Virus genome (UHGV): UHGV-0207574
DNA length: 16,650 nt
DNA from: a virus
Direction: 5' to 3' (one strand)
The position numbers were made by a program, and so were the translations under genes. Below, in pieces: positions 1 through 6,254 of this stretch (position 1 is its first letter; every line of letters starts with the position of its first letter). Below the pieces are notes generated by a model. It did not search any database. It saw nothing but the letters and a program-made list of their open reading frames with translations, and was not told the DNA's origin.

Positions 1-73
1 GTTCACTTTAGCTCATCTCATAGCTGAAATTTTGCCGCTATTTTTTTACACTTAAGCGAAAAATGAGGTGATT

Positions 74-1009
74 ATGGAACCCCTTCGTGAAATAAGAAAT
101 CGGCTGCTTAACGGCTGGCAATTATCAAAAATGCATACTTTTGAAGTGGCTGCCAGGCATCAGTCCTTCGCCCTGGCGGCAGAGGAATTGTCGCTGAGCC
201 CCAGTGCGGTAAGTCACCGTATCAATCAGCTGGAAGAAGAATTGGGCATTCAGTTGTTTGTTCGTTCCCATCGCAAAGTGGAATTAACGCACGAGGGGAA
301 ACGTGTTTATTGGGCGCTAAAATCGTCGCTGGATACCCTGAACCAGGAAATTCTTGATATCAAAAATCAGGAGTTATCGGGAACGTTAACTCTGTATTCC
401 CGGCCCTCTATCGCCCAATGCTGGTTGGTGCCCGCATTAGGTGACTTTACACGCCGGTATCCGTCTATTTCGCTCACCGTGCTCACTGGTAATGACAACG
501 TCAATCTGCAACGTGCCGGAATCGATTTGGCGATCTACTTTGATGATGCGCCGTCAGCGCAACTCACTCATCACTTTCTGATGGATGAAGAAATCCTGCC
601 AGTATGTAGCCCGGAATACGCTCAAAGACATGCTTTAACCAACACGGTAATTAACCTGTGTCACTGTACGTTGCTCCATGACAGACAGGCATGGAGCAAC
701 GACTCCGGTACGGATGAATGGCATAGTTGGGCGCAACATTATGCGGTTAATTTGCCGACATCTTCTGGAATTGGCTTTGATCGTTCTGATTTAGCTGTTA
801 TTGCCGCGATGAATCATATTGGGGTGGCGATGGGAAGAAAACGCCTGGTACAAAAAAGGCTTGCCAGTGGTGAGCTCGTCGCGCCGTTTGGCGATATGAC
901 GGTGAAATGCCATCAGCATTATTACATCACCACATTACCGGGCAGGCAGTGGCCAAAAATTGAAGCGTTTATTATCTGGCTAAGAGAACAGGTAAAAACC
1001 ACTTCATAA
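74..1009 (+). CDS. dsdC: LysR-family transcriptional activator of D-serine utilisation (DsdC)
   Basis: The ORF track frame 68..1009 begins with GTG; the ATG at 74 follows a GAGG RBS and gives MEPLREIRNRLLNGWQLSKMHTFEVAARHQSFALAAEELSLSPSAVSHRINQLEEELG, an N-terminal LysR HTH followed by a substrate-binding domain. The sequence matches my recollection of E. coli DsdC. Stop TAA at 1007-1009. Confidence 0.88.
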   Translation: MEPLREIRNRLLNGWQLSKMHTFEVAARHQSFALAAEELSLSPSAVSHRINQLEEELGIQLFVRSHRKVELTHEGKRVYWALKSSLDTLNQEILDIKNQELSGTLTLYSRPSIAQCWLVPALGDFTRRYPSISLTVLTGNDNVNLQRAGIDLAIYFDDAPSAQLTHHFLMDEEILPVCSPEYAQRHALTNTVINLCHCTLLHDRQAWSNDSGTDEWHSWAQHYAVNLPTSSGIGFDRSDLAVIAAMNHIGVAMGRKRLVQKRLASGELVAPFGDMTVKCHQHYYITTLPGRQWPKIEAFIIWLREQVKTTS

Positions 1010-1103
1010 TGAATAAAACCACGAGTTCCTGGTGTGCCTTATTCGGCCTGCTAGTTCGAATTTAATTTACGGTTTTTATGTGGTTTTAGGGATAAACACA
1101 AGG

Positions 1104-1119
1104 ATGGTGTCCCCTGCAG
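1104..1119. repeat. att-right core (direct repeat of the argW 3' end)
   Basis: ATGGTGTCCCCTGCAG is identical to 13679-13694; flanking sequence diverges immediately on both sides. Confidence 0.8.
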
Positions 1120-1176
1120 ACATCTACTTGAGGCGGCAGGGGATTGATTGGAATGGTGTTTTTTAGATGTGAAAAA

Positions 1177-1198
1177 TATTTTACCCGCTATTTTACCC
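1177..1198 (+). repeat. Two direct copies of TATTTTACCC (1177-1186, 1189-1198) next to att-right and the torI 3' end; candidate recombination-protein binding sites
   Basis: Seen directly. The same octamer (as GGGTAAAA / TTTTACCC) recurs three times beside the integrase start at the other prophage end (13519-13563). Confidence 0.4.
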
Positions 1199-1393
1199 AT
1201 TGGCGCGGCTTAAGAGCTTATTTTTGAATTCACAATGGTCACGATATAACCATCTTGCTCGCCCGTGGATAACTTTGGCTTTTGGTAGGTCGCCGGACTT
1301 AATCCGGTCGTAGATGAAGGTTTTACCAAAGCCAGTATCGGCCATGATGAATTTCAAATCAACCAGTGAATCAGGCTGTAGTTCGTGTTGCAT
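1193..1393 (-). CDS. torI: Excisionase / recombination directionality factor TorI (also described as an inhibitor of the Tor response regulator)
   Basis: 66-aa ORF MQHELQPDSLVDLKFIMADTGFGKTFIYDRIKSGDLPKAKVIHGRARWLYRDHCEFKNKLLSRANG, a winged-helix Xis/AlpA-like small protein. Matches my recollection of KplE1 TorI. Sits next to att-right. Confidence 0.85.
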   Translation of the reverse strand: MQHELQPDSLVDLKFIMADTGFGKTFIYDRIKSGDLPKAKVIHGRARWLYRDHCEFKNKLLSRANG

Positions 1394-1412
1394 GAGTGCT
1401 ATCTCCGAATAT

Positions 1413-1428
1413 GGAATCGAACCTGCAA
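1413..1428. other. Internal 16-bp fragment identical to the argW variable-loop/T-arm region
   Basis: GGAATCGAACCTGCAA at 1413-1428 is identical to 13694-13709 inside the argW gene. It lies ~20 bp upstream of the torI start codon and ~300 bp inside the prophage. Confidence 0.5.
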
Positions 1429-1517
1429 ATCAGGCAATAAAAAGCCGCATTGATGCAGCAATGGTAGGTCTGGATATCTTGAGAAATGAACAGGCCTCAT
1501 CGAGTGTGAGACTGTGG

Positions 1518-1862
1518 TTAGTCCTTGCGTAGCTCGCTGATTCTTCTGTAAGTCTCTGGTGCTTTGTTTCCGTGTATCTTCATTTCAGACTTCAACAGAG
1601 CAACGAGGGAATCCCATTCGTTGAGGATGCCTTTGAATGCCGGAACGCGCTTTGCAACCTTGTCGAATGAATCTCTGATTTCTGGAATCTGCTCAACAAG
1701 CGCAACGCATCGCCGGAAATCTGCTGCGTCATGGGGAGCGCCGAAGTGATGACCATAGATATTCTTTTTCAGTCCACATGCGATTGAGGCAAGAGTTGCG
1801 CTACTTATGCCAACATCGCCAGTCGATTGCCATTTCAAAACCTTCATAGCCAAATCTGACAT
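1518..1862 (-). CDS. Hypothetical phage protein (114 aa)
   Basis: ORF track frame 1518..1889. The ATG at 1862 has a GGAGA RBS (GGAGACAAGAA ATG) and gives MSDLAMKVLKWQ...; the longer start at 1889 would lie inside a terminator hairpin. I do not recognise a family. Confidence 0.55.
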   Translation of the reverse strand: MSDLAMKVLKWQSTGDVGISSATLASIACGLKKNIYGHHFGAPHDAADFRRCVALVEQIPEIRDSFDKVAKRVPAFKGILNEWDSLVALLKSEMKIHGNKAPETYRRISELRKD

Positions 1863-1872
1863 TTCTTGTCTC

Positions 1873-1898
1873 CAATAAAAAACCGCCATCAGGCGGCT
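1873..1898 (-). terminator. Putative intrinsic terminator on the minus strand (GCCGCC-TGAT-GGCGG followed by TTTTTTATT)
   Basis: Minus-strand sequence CAAGCCGCCTGATGGCGGTTTTTTATTGGAG: a short GC stem, 4-nt loop and T-tract, immediately upstream of the RBS of the 1518..1862 ORF. An A-tract on the other side means it could act in both directions. Confidence 0.4.
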
Positions 1899-1962
1899 TG
1901 GTGTTCTTTCAGTTCTTCAATTCGAATATTGGTTACATTGTTTTCATATATGAATAAATAAA

Positions 1963-2142
1963 TTAGCTTTTTTCGTTGCCTTCGCGTTCTTTATTAATTT
2001 TGACAAACTCGTTTTTACCACGCTCTCCAAATGCGTCTTTAGAGTCGTTGTATCCGCAATCGCAGCACACATAATCACCAGACCATCCACGCATTGTTTT
2101 TTCTTTTGCAATATTTCCAGAACCGCATTTTGGACAAGACAT
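1963..2142 (-). CDS. Small zinc-ribbon protein (CPKC...CCDCG), 59 aa
   Basis: The ATG at 2142 is preceded by GGAGG (GGAGGTAGTGAT ATG) and gives MSCPKCGSGNIAKEKTMRGWSGDYVCCDCGYNDSKDAFGERGKNEF..., with two Cys pairs spaced as in a zinc ribbon. The ORF track start at 2175 is probably an overextension. Confidence 0.55.
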   Translation of the reverse strand: MSCPKCGSGNIAKEKTMRGWSGDYVCCDCGYNDSKDAFGERGKNEFVKINKEREGNEKS

Positions 2143-2238
2143 ATCACTACCTCCAAAGCATGAGTGAGATGACAACGTAACATTGATTGGAGATTAACAA
2201 TAGATTGCTGATGTAAAAGATATGTATAAGCTTCGCTT

Positions 2239-3066
2239 TCAAAGTGGAGGCTCTGGTAGCGGCATCCAGTGAGTTACGTCATCCAAGATATTTCCTGATA
2301 AATACGTGAAAGCTCTATATTTTTTGTAATCAATTGGATTTACAACCCAGTTCCAATATGCTGCCACGATTTCACCTTGACTAAATGCCAGTAACATTTT
2401 GGTGTCTTCCGGCATTCTCTCACTACAGCTTATCCAACCATCTGGAATTACCGGAGAGTTGCCAGATGGCTCGTTCAACTTGTAAGTTTGGCTTACAGGT
2501 TCGGCACCATGAAGCATGGCGTCGCTCCGCTCTATGCCATCCAGCGCGATTCGCAGTGCCTGAATTGTGGTAGAGCTATCGTTTGGGGCTATTCCATATC
2601 GCTCGAATACAGCTAAATGGTTGCGCATAATCTCAGGCGTAAGCTCTTTGTAAGCATAAGCAAGAGGCTCTGATGCATTATCCGGCACAACCGACGCAGG
2701 CGCGGCAGCATAAACAGGAATAACGTCCGCTTCACGAACCTGCATTGCATAGGCAACGATGTTTGCTGCGCTTGGCGTGTTCTTTGCGATCTCAGCGATA
2801 TAAGCAAAACCGCCAACAGACGCCGTTAACGATTTACGCTCCAGTTCATCGAAAAGCGTCAGGCCATCTACTGGCTTTTGCTCCCGGTGCATTCTGGTTA
2901 TTTCTTCGAAAAGGATTTTGTGTGGCCGGCTGTAAAATGAGTCAGGCTTCAGCATCGCCAGAACTTTCTGGACGCGCTCACTGCTGTCATCATCCAGAAG
3001 CAATCCACCAATCACCGCCTGCTCTGCCTCGATGCTATGGGGCGGCGCATAAAAATTATCGGTCAT
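2239..3066 (-). CDS. Chimeric replication-module protein: DnaB-helicase N-terminal domain fused to an Ead/Ea22-like region and a DUF551-like C-terminus; no helicase ATPase core
   Basis: The ATG at 3066 gives MTDNFYAPPHSIEAEQAVIGGLLLDDD ... LTASVGGFAYIAEIAKNTPSAANIVAYAMQVREA, which closely resembles the primase-interacting N-terminal domain of DnaB (PHSIEAEQ and SVGGFAY..KNTPSAANI motifs). The C-terminus (WISCSERMPEDT ... VTHWMPLPEPPL) resembles DUF551. Start overlaps the stop of the upstream O-like gene by 11 nt. Confidence 0.7.
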   Translation of the reverse strand: MTDNFYAPPHSIEAEQAVIGGLLLDDDSSERVQKVLAMLKPDSFYSRPHKILFEEITRMHREQKPVDGLTLFDELERKSLTASVGGFAYIAEIAKNTPSAANIVAYAMQVREADVIPVYAAAPASVVPDNASEPLAYAYKELTPEIMRNHLAVFERYGIAPNDSSTTIQALRIALDGIERSDAMLHGAEPVSQTYKLNEPSGNSPVIPDGWISCSERMPEDTKMLLAFSQGEIVAAYWNWVVNPIDYKKYRAFTYLSGNILDDVTHWMPLPEPPL

Positions 3067-3946
3067 CGTGTTCACCCTCACGAACTTTCAGGTAGGTATT
3101 GTCGTTAAGCAGGAAATCAAATCCCTTTTTGTGCCAGACGGTTCCGCGTTGATGGTTTGGGCGTTCTTCGAACATCCATCGGCAATTTTCGCCTACGTAG
3201 ATCAAATAATTTCTCCAGTCCTGCATCGTGAACCCATGCCCGTCAAGCTGGCGGGTTATCACTCCGGCTTTGCGCCAGAACGTTCGGATCTGGTTTTTAC
3301 GCTTGTCATTCAGTGCGCGGATTCTTGGCGCTTCAGGAAGGATTTCGTGGTAAGCATCGACAACATCCTGACAGCTGACGGAAGGTTTTTTCTTGTCAGA
3401 CTTTTTGTCTGCTGTGGCACTCTCTAATACGTCAGTATTAGAGATATTATTTATATTATTGTTTATGGACAACCGTTGGACAACCGTTGGACAATCTCCG
3501 CTGAGAGCCGCGCCATTACTGGTGTTTGCGTTGGACAACCGTTGGACAACCGTTGGACAATTTTTTGCCTGAAAATCGTCATATTTAACGATTGTAAACA
3601 GGCTAAATTTCTTCCCCATCGAGCAAATATTAAGCATCCCTTTCGACTCAAAAGTCCGTAATAAGCTCCGAACTTTGTTGTCGGGGATGAATGTTTCTCT
3701 GACCAGCGACGGGCGTCCAGTTATCATCTGACCGCGATCAACAGTTATCGGACCGATATCCGTATTGACGACAGTAGATTCGTGATTAGCCTTGAGGATT
3801 AAGTGAAGCCAAAGATGTACTGCCTGAGAGTCCTTATAGAGCCTGCTGTCCATAAACTGGCGGTGTATAGAGACATACCCCATACTGGATGCCTCCTGAT
3901 GTTGTACAGGGTTATGCCTGTAATCAGCTAACTTAACGACGCCCAT
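3056..3946 (-). CDS. Replication initiator, lambda O-like, with the origin iterons inside the gene
   Basis: 296-aa ORF with an N-terminal region resembling the phage O origin-binding domain (HLWLHLILKANHES...). A central linker is encoded by tandem 11-bp repeats, giving the duplicated peptide CPTVVQRLSN. Translationally coupled to the downstream gene. Confidence 0.7.
   Translation of the reverse strand: MGVVKLADYRHNPVQHQEASSMGYVSIHRQFMDSRLYKDSQAVHLWLHLILKANHESTVVNTDIGPITVDRGQMITGRPSLVRETFIPDNKVRSLLRTFESKGMLNICSMGKKFSLFTIVKYDDFQAKNCPTVVQRLSNANTSNGAALSGDCPTVVQRLSINNNINNISNTDVLESATADKKSDKKKPSVSCQDVVDAYHEILPEAPRIRALNDKRKNQIRTFWRKAGVITRQLDGHGFTMQDWRNYLIYVGENCRWMFEERPNHQRGTVWHKKGFDFLLNDNTYLKVREGEHDDR
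3465..3560. repeat. Putative replication origin: six iterons (unit TTGGACAACCG) in two clusters of three (3465-3496, 3531-3560)
   Basis: Direct tandem repeats seen in the sequence, lying inside the O-like gene as lambda ori lies inside O. Next to them in the gene's direction is an AT-rich tract (3440-3464) and a perfect 9-bp inverted repeat CTCTAATAC-GTCA-GTATTAGAG (3422-3443). Confidence 0.7.
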
Positions 3947-4094
3947 GTTTCACTCCTGCTTTGGCTAGTCTGTAAACACCAACAAGGCGCTCTGCGAACG
4001 CCCTGTTATTTGCTGCGGCTACCACTAATCCCTCAGGTGAATCAGGGTGTCGAATCTCTTCTTTTTCCTGGTATTTCTTACGACGTTTTGTCAT
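3933..4094 (-). CDS. Small basic hypothetical protein (53 aa), not in the ORF track (below the length cutoff)
   Basis: The ATG at 4094 is preceded by AGGAG (ACAGGAGTAATT ATG) and gives MTKRRKKYQEKEEIRHPDSPEGLVVAAANNRAFAERLVGVYRLAKAGVKHGRR. Its 3' end overlaps the RBS and start of the O-like gene. Lies between the cII-like and O-like genes. Confidence 0.4.
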   Translation of the reverse strand: MTKRRKKYQEKEEIRHPDSPEGLVVAAANNRAFAERLVGVYRLAKAGVKHGRR

Positions 4095-4128
4095 AATTAC
4101 TCCTGTGGATTGATCCAGTCTTTCTACA

Positions 4129-4407
4129 TCAGGCCTCGAAGAATTCGCCGTTCTTCGGGGCTTTTTCTTTTGTCAGCATTCTGGCTACTTTCTTAGCCAG
4201 TTCCGCCAACTCCTCGTCTTCAACACCCCATTCAAGAACAGCAAGAAGCATTCCCATTTTGGGGATGAAGCTGTCTTTCCATCGCGAAATTTGCGATTCA
4301 TTAATTCCTAACGCGTCAGCAACCTTTCGCTGACCACGTACAGCAATTCGATTCAGGATGTTGCTTGTAATTGCATTCGCTTTCTTGCGAGTACTTGTAA
4401 GTTCCAT
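4129..4407 (-). CDS. CII-like transcriptional regulator (92 aa)
   Basis: The ATG at 4407 with an AGGAAA RBS gives MELTSTRKKANAITSNILNRIAVRGQRKVADALGINESQISRWKDSFIPKMGMLLAVLEWGVEDEELAELAKKVARMLT..., closely resembling lambda CII (GVDKSQISRWKRDWIPKFSMLLAVLEWGV). The ORF track frame extends upstream to 4494. Confidence 0.75.
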   Translation of the reverse strand: MELTSTRKKANAITSNILNRIAVRGQRKVADALGINESQISRWKDSFIPKMGMLLAVLEWGVEDEELAELAKKVARMLTKEKAPKNGEFFEA

Positions 4408-4463
4408 ATGTAAGTATTTCCTTAACAAATAAGAAGTTATGCGCATCAACTTATGCGCGTTGT

Positions 4464-4509
4464 ATTCCCGCATTTCGGCGGGAATGAGGACCATGACTGT
4501 TAAAGAGCG
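4464..4509 (-). promoter_or_regulatory. nutR-like antitermination site: boxA CGCTCTTTAACA (4498-4509) and a boxB-like hairpin (4464-4485)
   Basis: Minus strand reads CGCTCTTTAACA, a 12-nt spacer, then ATTCCCGC-CGAAAT-GCGGGAAT (8-bp stem, GAAA-containing loop). It sits between the cro fragment and the cII-like gene, as nutR does in lambda. Confidence 0.5.
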
Positions 4510-4515
4510 GTGTTA

Positions 4516-4614
4516 CTATTTGTTTTTCTTGTTGCTTGGGAAAGGACGAACTTCCTCTCCAATCACACTGCCATCAGGCTTTACCGTAAACGACGCTATA
4601 CAGCCAGATGGCAA
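4516..4614 (-). pseudogene. cro gene, 3' fragment only
   Basis: Minus-strand frame ending at stop 4516-4518 translates to ...CIASFTVKPDGSVIGEEVRPFPSNKKNK, matching the lambda Cro C-terminus (INADGSVYAEEVKPFPSNKKTTA). There is no N-terminal part and no in-frame start. Confidence 0.65.
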
Positions 4615-4730
4615 TCAACTGCGCAGTGCATGAGAAAAAGCCCGCTCTGATGTTCAGCCTTGAAATGCCAGGTGATCAGATACTGGAAAAACTGGTAGGG
4701 CAGAAGTCTGGTGTTAACCCGAATATTTTT
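4611..4730 (+). pseudogene. Fragment of a DnaB-family helicase core (region just after Walker A), on the plus strand
   Basis: The first ~40 codons of the ORF track frame 4608..5093 read AINCAVHEKKPALMFSLEMPGDQILEKLVGQKSGVNPNIF, resembling E. coli DnaB (AMNLCENAAMLQDKPVLIFSLEMPSEQIMMRSL). The rest of that frame looks like non-coding alt-frame sequence. Confidence 0.4.
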
Positions 4731-4759
4731 TACCTTCCGGCGACAAATGACGCTGATGA

Positions 4760-5281
4760 CGGCTACTCGGGGAAAACATCCTTTCCTGCGATACGGAGAA
4801 GAGTATCCGGGAGCGATTTTCTGTTTACCAGGTGGCGGGGCAGCGTGCCGGAAACGACGATGATTTCGGTGAGGCCACCACCACCGCGCTGCGGGCCCGC
4901 ACAGAGGACGCATTTATTGCCCGTTACCGTCCGATGTATATCAGGCAGACAGGGCAGGCTACGGGGGCAGGCTGTATTGCCCGTGCGGACTTTGAAGCCC
5001 GGCAACGGGCGGCGCGGACGGATGAAACCACCTATGTGGTGCAGGGCTGGCGACAGGGTAACGGTACGCTGTGGCAGCCCAACCAGCGGGTGATTGTCTT
5101 CGATCCGGTCTGTGGTTTCGACAATACCGAACTGCTTGTCTCGGAAGTCACGTTTACTCAGGACCAGAATGGCACCCTGACGGAAATCCGTGTCGGCCCA
5201 CCTGATGCTTATCTGCCTGAACCCGAAGCCCCCGGCGCGCGGAAAAAGAAAAAAGCCAGAGTACAGGAGGACCCGTTCTGA
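4760..5281 (+). pseudogene. 5'-truncated baseplate-hub/tail gene (Mu gp44 / P2 gpD-like), C-terminal part
   Basis: The frame is open from the stop at 4757-4759 with only a GTG at 4832 as a possible start. Its stop overlaps the start of the downstream gpV-like gene (TGATG), and position and composition match the upstream member of a Mu-type baseplate cluster. Family assignment is by position, not recognised sequence. Confidence 0.45.
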
Positions 5282-5829
5282 TGAGGACGATTGAAGCCAT
5301 GCAGCGACAACTCCTCGGCCTGATTGGGCGGGCCGTGGTGAAAAGCATCAGTGCCGCCACGAAATGTCAGACCGTGGATGTGTCCCTGATTGCCGGTGAA
5401 CCCAAAGCCGGGATTGAACATCTTGAACCCTACGGTTTTACCGCAAGGGCAAACAGCGGTGCGGAAGCGGTGGTGTTGTTTCCGGATGGCGACCGTTCTC
5501 ATGCGGTGGTTGTTACGGTGTCGGACCGGCGTTACCGCCTGAAAGGGCTGCAGACGGGTGAGGTGGCTGTCTATGACGATCAGGGGCAGTCCGTGACGCT
5601 GACCCGGGAGGGGATCGTGGTGGACGGTGCAGGTAAAACGATCACGTTTCGCAATGCGCCCAGAGCACGTTTTGAAATGGACCTGGAAGTGACCGGACAG
5701 GTGAAAGACCTGTGCGACTCCGGCGGCACCACCATGTCAGCGATGCGGCTTGCCTATAACGGGCATCGTCACAGAGAGAACGGTCAGGGCAGTAACACCG
5801 ACAAACCTGATAAAGCGATGGAGGCATGA
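5281..5829 (+). CDS. Baseplate assembly/spike protein, gpV-like (Mu gp45-like)
   Basis: 182-aa ORF, translationally coupled on both sides, GC-rich, with a C-terminal DSGGTT motif that I recall from P2 gpV-type proteins. Confidence 0.65.
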   Translation: MRTIEAMQRQLLGLIGRAVVKSISAATKCQTVDVSLIAGEPKAGIEHLEPYGFTARANSGAEAVVLFPDGDRSHAVVVTVSDRRYRLKGLQTGEVAVYDDQGQSVTLTREGIVVDGAGKTITFRNAPRARFEMDLEVTGQVKDLCDSGGTTMSAMRLAYNGHRHRENGQGSNTDKPDKAMEA

Positions 5830-6254
5830 TGGTACTGTGGCTGACGGTGAACGGTAAACGCACCTGCGCCAGCGCACCGCTGGATCCGCTGACCCGCGCC
5901 GTGGTGATTTCCCTGTTTACCTGGCGGCGGGCGGAGCCTGATGACAACGCCGACGTCCCGATGGGATGGTGGGGGGATACCTGGCCTGCGGTACAGAATG
6001 ACCGTTACGGCTCCCGGCTGTGGCTGCTTCAGCGCAGCAAACTGACCAATCAGCTGGTGCAGACGGTAAGGGGGTATATCCGCGAATGTCTGCAATGGAT
6101 GATTGATGACGGCGTGGTGTCCCGTATTGATCTGGATATCCGCCGCACCGGGATTAATGAACTGGGTAACAGTATCACTCTCTGGCGTCGTGACGGACCG
6201 GTAATGATTTCTTTTGATGATCTGTGGAGTGCGATAACGCATGGCGGACAGTGA
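5826..6254 (+). CDS. Baseplate protein, phage GP46 family (gpW-like)
   Basis: 142-aa ORF with start overlapping the upstream stop (ATGA). Size and position between the V-like and J-like genes are typical of a Mu-type baseplate cluster. Confidence 0.6.
   Translation: MMVLWLTVNGKRTCASAPLDPLTRAVVISLFTWRRAEPDDNADVPMGWWGDTWPAVQNDRYGSRLWLLQRSKLTNQLVQTVRGYIRECLQWMIDDGVVSRIDLDIRRTGINELGNSITLWRRDGPVMISFDDLWSAITHGGQ

Noticed and set aside
1-73. dsdC promoter hexamers
   Set aside because: Candidate TTGCCG and TACACT elements have a spacer of only ~9 bp. I could not place a convincing sigma-70 promoter in the 73 nt available; the real one may lie upstream of the window.
1314-1532. 72-aa plus-strand ORF
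   Set aside because: Its first half is antisense to torI, and its second half covers the torI leader containing the argW fragment. No RBS; judged a shadow ORF.
2385-3095. Plus- and minus-strand ORFs 2385..2573, 2613..2816, 2745..3095 and 3068..3427
   Set aside because: All lie inside or antisense to the DnaB-N fusion gene and the O-like gene, which have clear protein-family signatures and coupled starts. These are alternative-frame artefacts.
3463-3661. ORFs 3463..3651 (-) and 3476..3661 (+) and the tandem repeats as a possible CRISPR array
   Set aside because: The open frames are created by the 11-bp iteron repeats inside the O-like gene. The repeats are contiguous 11-bp units with no spacers, so they are not CRISPR.
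4439-4633. 64-aa plus-strand ORF spanning the nutR-like region
   Set aside because: It is antisense to the Cro fragment and boxA/boxB. Its protein-like appearance is a mirror effect of the inverted repeat at 4569-4613.
4608-5093. 161-aa plus-strand ORF as an intact gene
   Set aside because: Only the first ~40 codons resemble DnaB. The rest is arginine/proline-rich alt-frame sequence overlapping the gp44-like frame, so only the fragment is called.
4596-6242. Minus-strand ORFs 4596..4913, 4763..5005, 5154..5360, 5209..5502, 5642..5947 and 5784..6242
   Set aside because: They are antisense to the GC-rich baseplate genes. High GC produces long spurious open frames, and their composition is Arg/Pro/Gly-biased without recognisable domains.
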